Shown here: positions 42,701-53,591 of the stretch, piece by piece
Layout: every line of letters starts with the position of its first letter
How positions within the stretch are numbered: the first letter of the stretch is position 1
DNA from: Antedon mediterranea
Lineage: Eukaryota; Animalia; Echinodermata
Direction of reading: 5' to 3'
Length of the DNA: 64,000 nucleotides
Assembly: GCF_964355755.1 (NCBI RefSeq)
Contig: NC_092679.1
Span: 8,214,201-8,278,200, forward strand
Translations under genes and position numbers: made by a program
Notes under the pieces: model-generated
What the model was told of the DNA's origin: nothing
Seen by the model: only the letters and a program-made list of their open reading frames with translations
Databases searched by the model: none

Positions 42701-45700
42701 CCAAGAGTAGTCACTGAGCTTCATGTACACTTCTGGGAATGTGGTATTGACTATAGGCCGATTCATCTTCCAATATCAACATTCATTTCATTGAATTCCT
42801 TCAGTATAAGTAGTACACTTGTGTATGAGGCTAAACAGTCATTGTTGAAGTAAGCAATTTTAATGTTTATTATTTCTTACTGTGTGTCGCGTGTGTGAGG
42901 TGTGGTAGTCCTTCAAATTAAGCCTTAAGAAACGAGAAAAACTAATACATTCAAAACAAGATTTTTGAAAACTATTCAGTATAATTATTATACTGAATAG
43001 TTTTCAAAAATCTTGTTTTGGCTCAGTTCATATAGGATTATGCCTGTTATATATCAAATAATTACTAGTGACATTCATTCACAGATTTATAGTGGATGAT
43101 GCAGCTTTGTTTCTTTCGGATAAGTGCAATGGTGGAGTTGTTGACCTTAGAAAAAGTATGTTTTTTTTTACTCAATTGCAAAAATAATTAATTAATTGTT
43201 TGATATTAATTGATATCAAAACCTTAAAAGTAACAGTTTACTATAATTCACTTTATTTCATATTAACATACACTTATATAACATCTAAAACATTATTACA
43301 GATTTAGACTGGTTACTGTATGTTACCTACCAATTTAACTGTATGTAGTAGTACTGTAGTATGTTTTAACTTTATGCAGCAGTAGTGGGAGGCTTTAACT
43401 GTATGCAGTAGTGGGAGGTTTTAACTGTATGCAGTAGTGGCCAGTTTACTATATGCAGTAGTGGAAGGTTTTAACTGCATGCAGTAGTGGGAGGTTTTAA
43501 CTGTATGCAGTAGTGGGAGGTTTTAACTCTATGCAGTAGTGAGAGGTTTGAACTGTATGCAGTAGTGGCCAGTTTTAAAGTGGAGCTACACTCAGACTTT
43601 CTCAGCTTATATTATGTTTAAGTATGTTTAATTGAAAGTGATTACATAAAAAAAACAGGGAAAATACGGAAATATTTTCCAAAAACTCATTTATAAAAAA
43701 TCGGTCAGAAAATAGTGTTTTTTAACAAATTACAGTTTTTCAGTAACTTAGGGGTTATTAGTTTACAATACGTCGCGAAACGCGTTACACTTAGCGACTG
43801 ACGCGTTTTAGTCGCTGGTCAACGCATTGTGGAAATGTCTCCCCTTTGGTAAATTATGTGTCGAAAAATGGGGAATAAATTTTATACACACAATTAATAC
43901 GATTTGTTTAGGCCTAACTAATATTTCCGATAAGAATGTCAGTATAATTTACATGTAACCTCATGATTTTCACTGTACAACAACAGCATAATAATCTTAT
44001 CAGATTGCTTTTAACTTTAAGCTAGGGCTAGGCCTAGCTAAGCCGTCTGCTCAGCCTAGCTAGCCTTGAATTTTTGTCTAGAGGCCTATGTATTCATAGA
44101 CATGGTCGTTTCGCCCCATTTATCGTTCCTGGGTTTTCTCGCACATTAAGAATTGTGGAACACAAAATCCTATACAGAACAAGAGTAGTAAAGAATAGTA
44201 AAGCGATGTGCAAGCTTAGACCTGACTGAAAAGCAACTATTCAGGCACCCTATCATGGCCCATGGGTAGGCCAAGGTCGGGTGACAGCAAAACAAACTTC
44301 ACTGCTGTCAGCCTAGCCTAGCTAGAGGCCAAGCCACTGAGCAGCATCGGTACATACCTACACTCTAGTAGTAGGCCTAGGCCTAGCTTTATTGAATATA
44401 TAGCCACATCTTTCTCAAATCTCGTTAAATTTGACATTTTAGTAATAGTCTCATAATCACATTATTACACTGTGAAACATAATAGGGTCACATTCAGAAT
44501 GTTTTAATATACTTTTCGCCCGTCAAAAATAACATCGCGACAAAATAACAGATCGCCAGCTGCAGTAGTGTGATTGTGAAAAATGTCACGTGATCGTACT
44601 CCCTAGCAAAATGAAAAACCCAATTGGACCCGAACGGGGGAAAGTGTCTATTTACGCAAAATTGCGCAATGTATACGTGATAAAAATACCAGAAATAGAA
44701 AGATCTGGAAAAATTACATAAATATACATTTTACATTTTTTTTTTGGTGAAGAAATGAATTTTTTAGGATTATTCAAATATATCCCCCTTTTGCATGTAA
44801 AAGAATAGGAAATTACAAGGTATCCCCCCAAAACGCAAAAAGGCGTGATTTTCAAGAAAATCGTACTCATTGAAAAAAATTTCAAAAAAATATGAAGTAT
44901 AAGGGATGATATTTTTAAATAATAGTTGAAATGTATGAAAAATAGTAATTTTCTGGGTGGAGCTCCACTTTAACTGTATGCAGTAGTGGGAGGTTTTAAC
45001 TGTATGCAGTAGTGAGAGGTTTGAACTGTATGCAGTAGTGGTCAGTTTGAACTGTATGCAGTAGTGTAAAGTTTTAACGGTATGCAGTAGTGGCAGGTTT
45101 TAACTGTATACAGTAGTGGTAGGTATTAACTGTATGCAGTAGTGGTAGGTATTAACTGTATGCAGTAGTGGTAAGTTATTAACTGTATGCAGTAGTGGTA
45201 GGTTTTAATAGTATGTAGTAGTGGTAGGTATTAACTGTATGCAGTAGTGGTAGGTTTTAATTGTATGTAGTAGTGGTAGGTATTAACTGTATGCAGTAGT
45301 GGTAGGTTTTAATTGTATGTAGTAGTGGGGTTTTTTTCCAAATGATTTATACTATTTTTCAGATTATGTTTGTGTTATGGAACTTGGATCATTTGAACTT
45401 TCTCTTAAGATAAATGCAGACAAAGAAAAGGTAATTTGTTACTGAACTATGGAGAATTTTTTTTTTCCAAAATAAAAGATGAATGAATGAATTAACAATA
45501 TTATAATTATTAAAAATATTGCTTAAAATAAATAAAATTCTTAAAAAAAAAAAAAAAAAGATTTACTCTAAATATAACAGTTTTTAATTAAAACTAGAAA
45601 TATTTAAATGATCATGTTAATGAGAAATGTAAATACTAAATAATAAAATGTGAGCATGTTTGTCTACAGACTCCTCATCTAGAGTTAACTGCATCCAATA

Positions 45701-48700
45701 ATGTGTTCATCATAAAGACGTGTTCAGATTCATTCAGTGCAATACTTAAGTTGATACTGTACCTAGCAAACAGTGGGGATTTAAATGAGCCAGTACAACT
45801 ACAACAATCTGATACACAAGAGGTAATACATTTATATTTATATACTGGCACATTTCACTTCACAGCATCTGATTGGTTAATCACTGGTCTATAGTTATTG
45901 ACATTCCCTCGAAGTATAGACCGGCTAAACATCGTATGTCTGTTTCCTCTATCTTCTTCTTTAATACAATACAAGAATCAAATAAAGTATGATTTGCGAT
46001 TATTTATTGCATAGCAGCAAGCGTCAAATACAGGTCTTTTTTGTTTGCTTCTTGGCTGCGAAACTGTGTCACCAACTAAGCCTACTCTAACCAAGTCCAT
46101 GTTTGCATTCGCTTTAGCCTAGCCAGCCAAATTAGGTGGTACAGGTATATAACAAAATTATTTACTGGGCTTTCGTCATGATATGAAATATAGCCATTGG
46201 CGATCTGGAAACATGCTATATCCATCGACTTTATCTTTGCATATAGTATAGTCTCCAGACAACCTTGGGCTATATTTTTAACCATGCCCCTCAGCCCAGT
46301 AAATATTTGTATAGTATTTGTTTACATTTATTTCAAAATGATTATCACTTTTTTTTATCAATTTCCTTTACTATGCTAGCAATTACATAAATACTAATTA
46401 TAATAATTATTTTTTAGCCTGTTAGTATAGGGAAAACTGCAAATATTGGTGATAAGAGTCCTGTGTGCCAAGCTAACCATTATGATAAGATGCATGATAT
46501 GATGGCAGATGCAATGAAGGAGGTCAATGCTACAAGTGATATGCATTCAACAAAACAAGGTAAATTCATTGTAGTTCATTATATTTACAAAATATTTACA
46601 AAACACAGGAGTATAATTTGTACTGATCTTGAACTGACCATTATTTGAAATACTTTCAGAAAGGACAAATACAAACGTAGAAGATTCTTCCATTGAATTA
46701 TACTTATTTCCTGATGAGAACAACTTAACTCAGAGTGTTCCTCATGGTCATGTAGATAATGGAAATCAAGTAACAGATGTGAGGAGACAAACGGGTGACA
46801 ACTCTGATCTCTTTGATGATGATGAGTTCTGTATTCTAGATGATCCTGGGACTGGTTTTAGGGTAAGAACTGAACCTAATAATAAGAGATTTGTCATAAA
46901 TATCATACTGCATACTTTTGATTAATTTTGATAAAAATTATTTAAAAAATAACCTTTAGCCCAGAAATAATGAACCTGAAGTAAAAGTGAGAACATGCAA
47001 ACCAATAAAAGTAATCAATGATCATTTCAAACGACCTTTGGAGAAAGCAGATCAGTTGAAAAGTCCAGACACCTTCCCAGCTGCTCTTAAGAGGTTCACG
47101 TTAAAGGAAATGACGATTATCTGGCAAATGTACGGTGGAAAAGACTTTGCTGCAGTTTCAAAAGGTAGACATTTGAAGTTTTCTTTTTCCATGGCTTTGT
47201 CTTTTTGTGTACAAAAACAGAAATATTGAGTATAAATAAATAAATAAAATGTCAGGTGTGGACGCAGAGGGGTTGCCCTAGTTGCTCGGGCAACACCCTT
47301 AATTTCATACTAAATATTTTTTCTGCCACTAAATTAAAATTTAGATCCAATTTCATCGTATACAATATCCATATAAGGTTATAGAAGTCCAGAGATGGAA
47401 GAGAATATTTGTAAATTGACAAACTGCATCGTAAAATTTAACCACCAGATTCACGAATACCGTGCACAATATATCGGCAGTCAGAACTTATCTGGACTCT
47501 TCGGGCAACCCATTTCAAATAGTTCTGCGACCGCCCCTGCTTGTAGTAGACTTTACATTACATTATACAGCATTGATTCTATTTGTATTGTATAATATTA
47601 TATAACAAGACCAACATGGTATTGCACTGAAGAATTCTATTTGATTGACTGTTCAATATAATTATATTTGGAAAATAATAAATTTTCCAATTATTGTTTT
47701 AGGTAAAACATTTGAGAGTTCGTCTTCACTGAATGACAAAACGAGGTATGTAAAAAATATTTTGGTGAAAAGTTACCTGATTGAAAAGCTACAAATGTTG
47801 TTAGAAAGTATAAAATGTAGAACAGTAGGCACACATTTGTAAAAACAATGTATGTTATATAAAGCTGAACTTTATTGGAAGCTTTTGTTTAAACTTATTG
47901 TTAAATAGTTCTTCACCTCATGGGCGCAACTTGTCAGCATCACCATCATGTGCTCGCAATCCTTCAAAAACAAACAGCAAATGGTATTTACAAGGCGATC
48001 GAGATCAGGATGTTCTTATGGAATTGCAGCTAAACAAGGTATTCAAACCTCATGTATGAAAATAGGTGCTCCGAAGGATTTTAATGCCCAAAGTGAGATT
48101 TCACTTGATTTCACTTCACTTCTTGTACCATAGTAAAGCTTATATACTGTTGATTTATTAATATACAGCAGCAATACTTTATTAACATGAATTTTAGATT
48201 AAAATCAATTCAAAATAATGAATCTGCAATGCACTGGAAAGGTCTAAGGCCATTTGATTGAGGACAATATAGGCTTTCAATTCAATTAGTTTGTTTTTTA
48301 GGTGCGGTTTCAACATGATGAATATGTAAGAAGCACAGAGACAAAACAGTGTTCAAGACAAATCTTACTAATTAATGATATTGAGATTCGAGATAGATTA
48401 GTCCATTCTCAAATCAATAAATTTCTTTATCAATATTCCTCCGCATCAAGACCAAAGCAAACTCATGCTAATATGGTAATTATCTTTTACTTTATGTAAC
48501 TTTTGTTAATTATTGAAATTGGTTTATTTTTTATTATTAAGTATCAAACAACGTTTTTCACAACTTATCAGAAAATTACTGAAAGAAATTAGAAATAATC
48601 ACAATTATTATACTAGAAATACAGTATATTATTATACTACAGTATACTAGAAAGTACATTAGTTGTTCACTCTCTTCACAGGTACTTATCAAAGCAGTCC

Positions 48701-51700
48701 ATCTTCAACCAGATCCAGCATTATCTGCTGAAGAATGCTGTTTAAAGATCTCTCTACAACCATTAAGGCTCAACATCGATCAAGATGCTCTGTTTTTTCT
48801 TCGGGACTTTTTCACCAATGTTTCAACTGACGTCAATCGTATGAACTTTCCAATAGGTGAGAATATTACATACATCTATATTAACTATATTATAAGTGAG
48901 AGAGTTTGTACGTCTGTCTGTTTGTTTGTTCGTTATACACATTTTTGTTACTGCACATAACCTTACATATTGGGCATCAAAATGACCGCAATTGTACCGG
49001 GAAGGTTCTAAACTACATTTGAATATCATCCGCCATCTGGGATCCAAGTTAGAGGCCAAAATGTGGTAAAAATGGCCCACTTAGCCAATAGCCAATATGA
49101 CACATATTTATTTACATAGTTTGCAAAGTACTTACACCATGTCTATCAGCTATGTATTAAGATGCTAAAGTTGTTGAATTAAAATTGTGGGTATCGAAAT
49201 GACCACAATTGTACCTGGAAAGTTCTAAACTATATTTCAACATCATCCACCATCTTGGATCTAAGTTTGGTGGGAGAGGGCGTGGGGAGATAGGGTGTGT
49301 GAGTTGGGGTTAAGATTTGGAGTTGGATTTTGCTTAGGCTAGGGGTAGTAGGGTATCAAATTGACCAGAATTGTGTGGTAAGTATTTTAATTAGCCAGGG
49401 GAACAGGTGGGGATGACCGAAACTACATCTGAAAACTGCCACTCAGGGATTATGGGTTGGTAGTGATGGCTAACATAATTTGTACTAGAAACGTCTTAAA
49501 CACATCACCCAGTATCTGGGGTGTGTTGGGAGGGAGGAAGAGCGGGGCAGAAATACTGGCGTAATGAAGTATAACATGATTGGAATTGTACTAGGAAAAG
49601 TTACTACATTTGAACTGTCCATGGGAGGAGTTATGTTAATTTTTTTGGCTGGAATGGTGATAGGACAAAGAAGGCTGGGCCGCAGTATCTAAATTAGATA
49701 TTTTAATTATCAGCCAATATGACACCTATTCATTTACACAGTTTACAACGTACTTAAAACATAGGCCTATCATAGCTATGTATACCCCTACCCCTAAAGT
49801 TCAATTGAAATTTGTCCTCGGAAGAATTTGTTTTTAAAAAAGAGTGTGGTGTGTTATTGAAGAGAGGTGGAGGTTGGTGAGTATAGGGGGTCGGGTCGGG
49901 TGTTATGTACTGAGAAGGCTTTAAACTAATGTTGAAGCCCGCCCTGGGGCGGGTATAATTGCTAGTATTATTACACTACCATTGGGGTCCATGTGAAAAT
50001 ACCGTGCAACATATTGTGATTCAAGCAAGTTTAGAAAATGTGTTCACCTCGAACACACATATTATTTATTATTTTTACATATTAACAATTTATTCTTCAA
50101 GATTTTTTTTTTTTTTTACAGAATTAGAAACTGAACCAAGTAATTCAGCAAATACAACATCCATTAGAGTTGATTCAGAAGCAAGCGACAGCAGTGATTC
50201 TGAATCATTACTCACTTCTAAGATTTCATCAACATCATCATCAACTGAGAACAGTGATGTTAGTGATACTACCTCCATTCAACCAATATTTTTTAGGTGA
50301 GTTTACAGTTGCATTGTACCCAATTTGTTTAAGGTTGAATTTGTATAATAATCATGTAAAAAGCAATGGGATCATTTGTTATTTGTTAACAGATCTTTAG
50401 AATTTTCTCCAGCTGTACCAATAAGATTGGACTATCAAGGCAAAAGAGTCACTATGGAACAGGTTTGTTAACTATTAAGCAATTTGTATAGTATGTCCTG
50501 CATTAATAATAAATAGTGAGTATTGAATTGTATTTATAGGATCGAATAGTGAATATTGATTTTTATTATAGGGAACATTTATTGGAATTCTAGTTGGTCT
50601 TGCTCAGTTGAACTGTTCAGAGTTGACTTTAAAAAGGATACACTATCGTCATGGGTAAGCGTAAATTGTATACAATTTGAAGTATAGCTAGTTTTTTAGT
50701 TATCCGCATTGTATGACATCATCAAACAATTTTGTTTTCTGTATTATTGTTCTTTCTTTCCACTGATTTTTGTGCATCGCGTTTCTCTAAAACGTGTAAA
50801 CATAACATTTCATAACTTTGTCAATATATCGACATTTACGTGAAGTTGTGCACCTCCTGACAATATAATACTGTAGTTAAACATCTCATATATATTGTTA
50901 TTACTTGTGCACAGCTTACTTGGTGTTGATAAACTAGTTTTACACATGATCAATGAATGGGCCCACGATATTAAAAAGACACAACTTCCAAGTATCCTAG
51001 GTGGAGTTGGACCAATGCATTCATTTGTTCAACTTGGTAAGTATGTACTTTATTCACATCGATTCTCAATATTTATTTTTTCGTCTTTATTTTATTGAAT
51101 TGTATGGTTCTAATTATCTATCTAATCTAATAATTCATAAAATTTACTTTGATTTTGTTTTCTAGTTCAAGGTATTGTTGATCTTGTACGCATGCCAATT
51201 GAACAATACAAGAAAGATGGACGTATAATGCGAGGTTTGCAACGCGGTGCTAACTCCTTTGGAACAAGTACAGCAATGGCTGCTGTTGAGCTCACAAATA
51301 AATGTGTCCAGGCTTTACAGGTAAAGTTTCCTTTATTTAAATTAATTCAGAATTTTTTATCTTTCTAAAGTAAATGAGAATATAAAATAAATCCAAAGGC
51401 AAATTAGAAAATGACAAAATAGAATATGCAAAAAGCTAAACCAAAACGATAAAGTAAAACAGCCAGAAAAATTAGCAGAGCTTTTAGGCAACACTAGCCC
51501 TTCATAAGTGCAAGTGAAAATATAAAATAATATATAATCATGTGTATACCTATTATTTATATAAACAATTAGAAGTATAGTGGGGATATAAGCTGTACAG
51601 TGTCAAGGAAAAGGGATAATATAAATTAAAAGTATTAACATTTTGTCACAGAGTGTAGCTGAAATGACATATGATATGGTATCTCCTGGTCCCAGTGTTG

Positions 51701-52334
51701 TGTCCCATAGAGCAATAACAGTAAACAATGGTACTCAATACCGAATGGCTAAGCAACCAGCAGACCTCAGAGAAGGAGTCACAAATGCAATGAATGTTGT
51801 TAGACAAGTAAGCAGTAACAGTTGCATGAATACTTTTATTTTAAAAAAAAATCAATAATTTCAATTCAACATTTAAAAAAAGTATTAATTCTTTTTAAGA
51901 TCACACTATTGGAAACATTAAAAAAATTACCAGCAAAGCATAAGAACAGTTTTTAATCATAAAACACTCTTTAAATAACTCTACTGTTTCTTTATAACTG
52001 TGTTTAATTAGACCATCTCTTAAATCCTGGACACACTGTAATAGTAACGTTTCAGAACCTATACTGGAAATTTATATTTGAATTTTAATTTATTCATTAG
52101 GGTCTTGAAAATACTGCTTCAACACTTGTCCAAGTGGCAAAAGAGGAACATTCTCACAAAGGTGTATCAGGTGCTGTTGGTGGTGTCCTTCGCCAGGTAC
52201 CCCCGACAATGATTAAGCCATTGATCCTTGCAACTGAGGCAACATCAAATGTTCTTGGTGGTATGCGAAATCAAATGCAGCCAGATGCTAGGAAAGAAGA
52301 TGCCGAAAAATGGAAAACACAAGCAACAACCTAG
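18741..52334 (+). CDS. ATG2: Autophagy-related protein 2 (about 39 exons)
   Basis: Chorein-N start MPWFFPWPDYIKKKACRYLLQHYVGSFLEEKLTLEQLSVDLYNGTG; internal SMQLAQEC, LEGLEMFAQTIES, DLLLWQPTAP, IIWQMYGGKDF, EIRDRLVHSQINKFLY, LPSILGGVGPMHSFVQL; C-terminal GAVGGVLRQVPPTMIKPLILATEATSNVLGGMRNQMQPDA...KWK. Exons join in frame, e.g. 18741-18908, 26458-26632, 28230-28394, 28926-29048, 29787-29891, 37408-37654 ... 52101-52334. Confidence 0.95.
18967..20494. mobile_element. Non-autonomous TIR element with 8-bp TSD (Merlin-like)
   Basis: TIRs of about 250 bp, GGCGCTAATGCAGTTTCGTACCCACCCC...GGGGTGGGTACGAAACTGCATTAGCGCC; TSD TAAACATT at 18959-18966 and 20495-20502. Superfamily inferred only from GG termini and the 8-bp TSD. 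Confidence 0.8.
21640..25469 (+). mobile_element. Ty3/Gypsy LTR retrotransposon (Mag-like), gag largely deleted, pol disrupted
   Basis: 112-bp LTRs TG...CA at 21640-21751 and 25358-25469 (2 mismatches seen), 5-bp TSD CACAC, PBS TGGTGTCAGAA at 21752 (complementary to a tRNA-Leu 3' end), PPT GAGAAAAGAAGA at 25346-25357. Confidence 0.95.
21790..25117 (+). pseudogene. Gypsy gag zinc knuckles + pol (protease, RT, RNase H, integrase) with frameshifts and a stop
   Basis: Knuckles CTKCGYDNTHNKC and CAVCHKLNYFAAVC; protease IDTGA; RT LPFGIKSAPE and VMDD; RNase H CDAS, EKEMLA, SDHKP; integrase HSSHQG, ASDLF, TDNGPQY, SNGEVER. Frameshifts near 23600 and 24650 and an in-frame TAG at 24049-24051. Confidence 0.92.
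26346..26390 (+). mobile_element. Helentron/HINE-like 3' terminus
   Basis: GCGGATAAC followed by hairpin AACTCGTC-AAGGT-GACGAGTT and CAAATCTTG|T; near-identical end at 37338-37381. Confidence 0.5.
29015..29770 (+). repeat. 88-bp tandem repeat (8.6 copies) spanning an ATG2 exon end and splice donor
   Basis: Copies start at 29015, 29103, 29191, 29279, 29367, 29455, 29543, 29631, 29719; the first copy overlaps the end of exon 28926-29048 and its GTTAGA donor. Confidence 0.96.
30660..31090. repeat. About 190-bp direct duplication
   Basis: GTGTGTCCAAAAACAGAGG...TACATTAACAATTATTGTAT at about 30660-30855 and 30896-31090. Confidence 0.85.
31258..32328. repeat. About 80-95-bp satellite, about 12 copies, each with a hairpin core
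   Basis: Core GTCCGTTA-AACGCCGAGC-TAACGGAC recurs at about 31260, 31352, 31448, 31529, 31619, 31705, 31801 (partial), 31905, 31986, 32074, 32155, 32241. Confidence 0.9.
32388..35081. mobile_element. Non-autonomous Academ-like foldback element with about 830-bp TIRs
   Basis: Termini TAGTCCAGTCAAAAATCACCC...GGGTGATTTTTGACTGGACTA; 3-bp TSD GGA; arms about 32388-33220 and 34245-35081. Confidence 0.85.
37338..37381 (+). mobile_element. Helitron/Helentron-like 3' terminus just upstream of an ATG2 splice acceptor
   Basis: GCGGATAAC, hairpin AACTCGTC-TATAGT-GACGAGTT, then CTAG|T; 5' end not resolved. Confidence 0.55.
38905..39636. repeat. GC-rich 17/21-bp minisatellite (GGCGGGTAGTTGTCCTA)n grading to (GGTGGTAGTTGTCCG)n, probably inside a MITE
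   Basis: Array at about 38945-39605; preceded by inverted copies of the motif (GACAATTATC, GGACAGTTACCACC). Confidence 0.85.
43332..45330. repeat. 26-bp minisatellite (TTTTAACTGTATGCAGTAGTGGGAGG)n split by a transposon
   Basis: Copies at about 43332-43578 and 44970-45330 on both sides of the TTAA-targeting insertion. Confidence 0.9.
43579..44969. mobile_element. Non-autonomous Kolobok-like element
   Basis: TTAA|AGTGGAGCTACACTCAGA...TCTGGGTGGAGCTCCACT|TTAA: short TIR, AG...CT termini, TTAA TSD. Confidence 0.8.
47253..47539. mobile_element. Small hAT-like MITE
   Basis: Imperfect TIR CAGGTGTGGACGCAGA...TCTGCGACCGCCCCTG; no clean TSD. Confidence 0.45.
48875..49965 (+). mobile_element. Non-autonomous Helitron
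   Basis: A|TCTATATT 5' end, GTCT/GTTT microsatellite near the start, 3' hairpin CCCGCCC-TG-GGGCGGG followed by CTAG|T; no TSD. Confidence 0.8.
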
Positions 52335-53591
52335 TATAATCAATACTATGTATTCAATCATTTCAATTTATTTAGACCAATAATAGTTTCAAGTAACCAG
52401 CGGTGACGCCAGGATTTTCCCCGACGCGGGGGGCTATATTTCCTGGCGAGGTGGGGGACAGAGGGCCGCCAAACCCTCTTAAGCAATGCGTTCTAGCATC
52501 ATTTGGGGCCATTTTAATCAGATTTAGGGTAGCCACTTTTTCCATTTTTTATAATCCATAAATAAAATACTGCGTGCAAAAAAACGACGGGCGATGACTG
52601 TTTCAATCCATATTTTTACTGTATACTATATATTTTGCAAGGGAAGGATCCATGTGCTTTGATGCTAAAGCAAAAGCCTGATAAACTGTACAACCATAGT
52701 ATATAAATAGTAAATGTACTTATAATGCAAATTACTGTACTTGCTATTTACTTATGACAATGATTTTCCCCTGGCGTACAAGACCTTTGTCACCGGCTAG
52801 AGCAACTAGTGTGTTTTAATATAAAAAGAGGAAACTGCTACAGGATACATAATATAATCAATATAAAATCAAGAGTAGGTGTAAATTCAGAATTTTTTCA
52901 AAGTTTTTGTTGACTAATTTATTTAATTCAAGCTTTATACTTCATGATTAAAAGTATGTTTTATTCAATGTCAATTTAGTATTTTACTGCATTTTTCTCT
53001 CTTTTTGAGCGTGCAAGTATAGTGTGTCAGCATAATTGGTGTTATATATTAGCCATGGTATTGACACTATGATTCAAACTACAATGGTTACCATTTTCAC
53101 AGATATACTTTTATTAACATCATGATCATGCAAATAATAATAATAAATAGTTATATATACCACACAAACTTCTTGAAACTACAAGAATTGTCACAGAATA
53201 GTACATACAGAATAGTACATACAGAATAATACATTTAGGAAGTGTTATTTTAGAAACATCATCAGGAAAGTTATGTTTTTTTGTTGTTATTTTTGCCTGT
53301 TCTGTATAGTAGGCTAGGCAATCTATCATTTTTAGTGAAACTAATTGCAAACAGATTTTTTTGTTTAAATGAGATCAAAATTTGAGCATCACACCTCAGA
53401 ATACCTCAGCTTTGCAATTCCAAAAATCACACCTATGGTATATTTGAATCTACACAATCTTTTTTTATAATTTTACTATTATTTTGAAATCCCTTATAGA
53501 GCAACAGACACCACTATAACTATACAGGATTTATCATGAATATTTGTACACAGTTTCTTTCTAATTGGTTTGACACAGGATAGAATTGTTT

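Noticed and set aside
52398-52800. Possible hAT-like MITE in the ATG2 3' UTR (CAGCGGTGAC...GTCACCGGCTA)
   Set aside because: The TIR is short and imperfect and the flanks do not give a clean TSD; plausible but not supportable.
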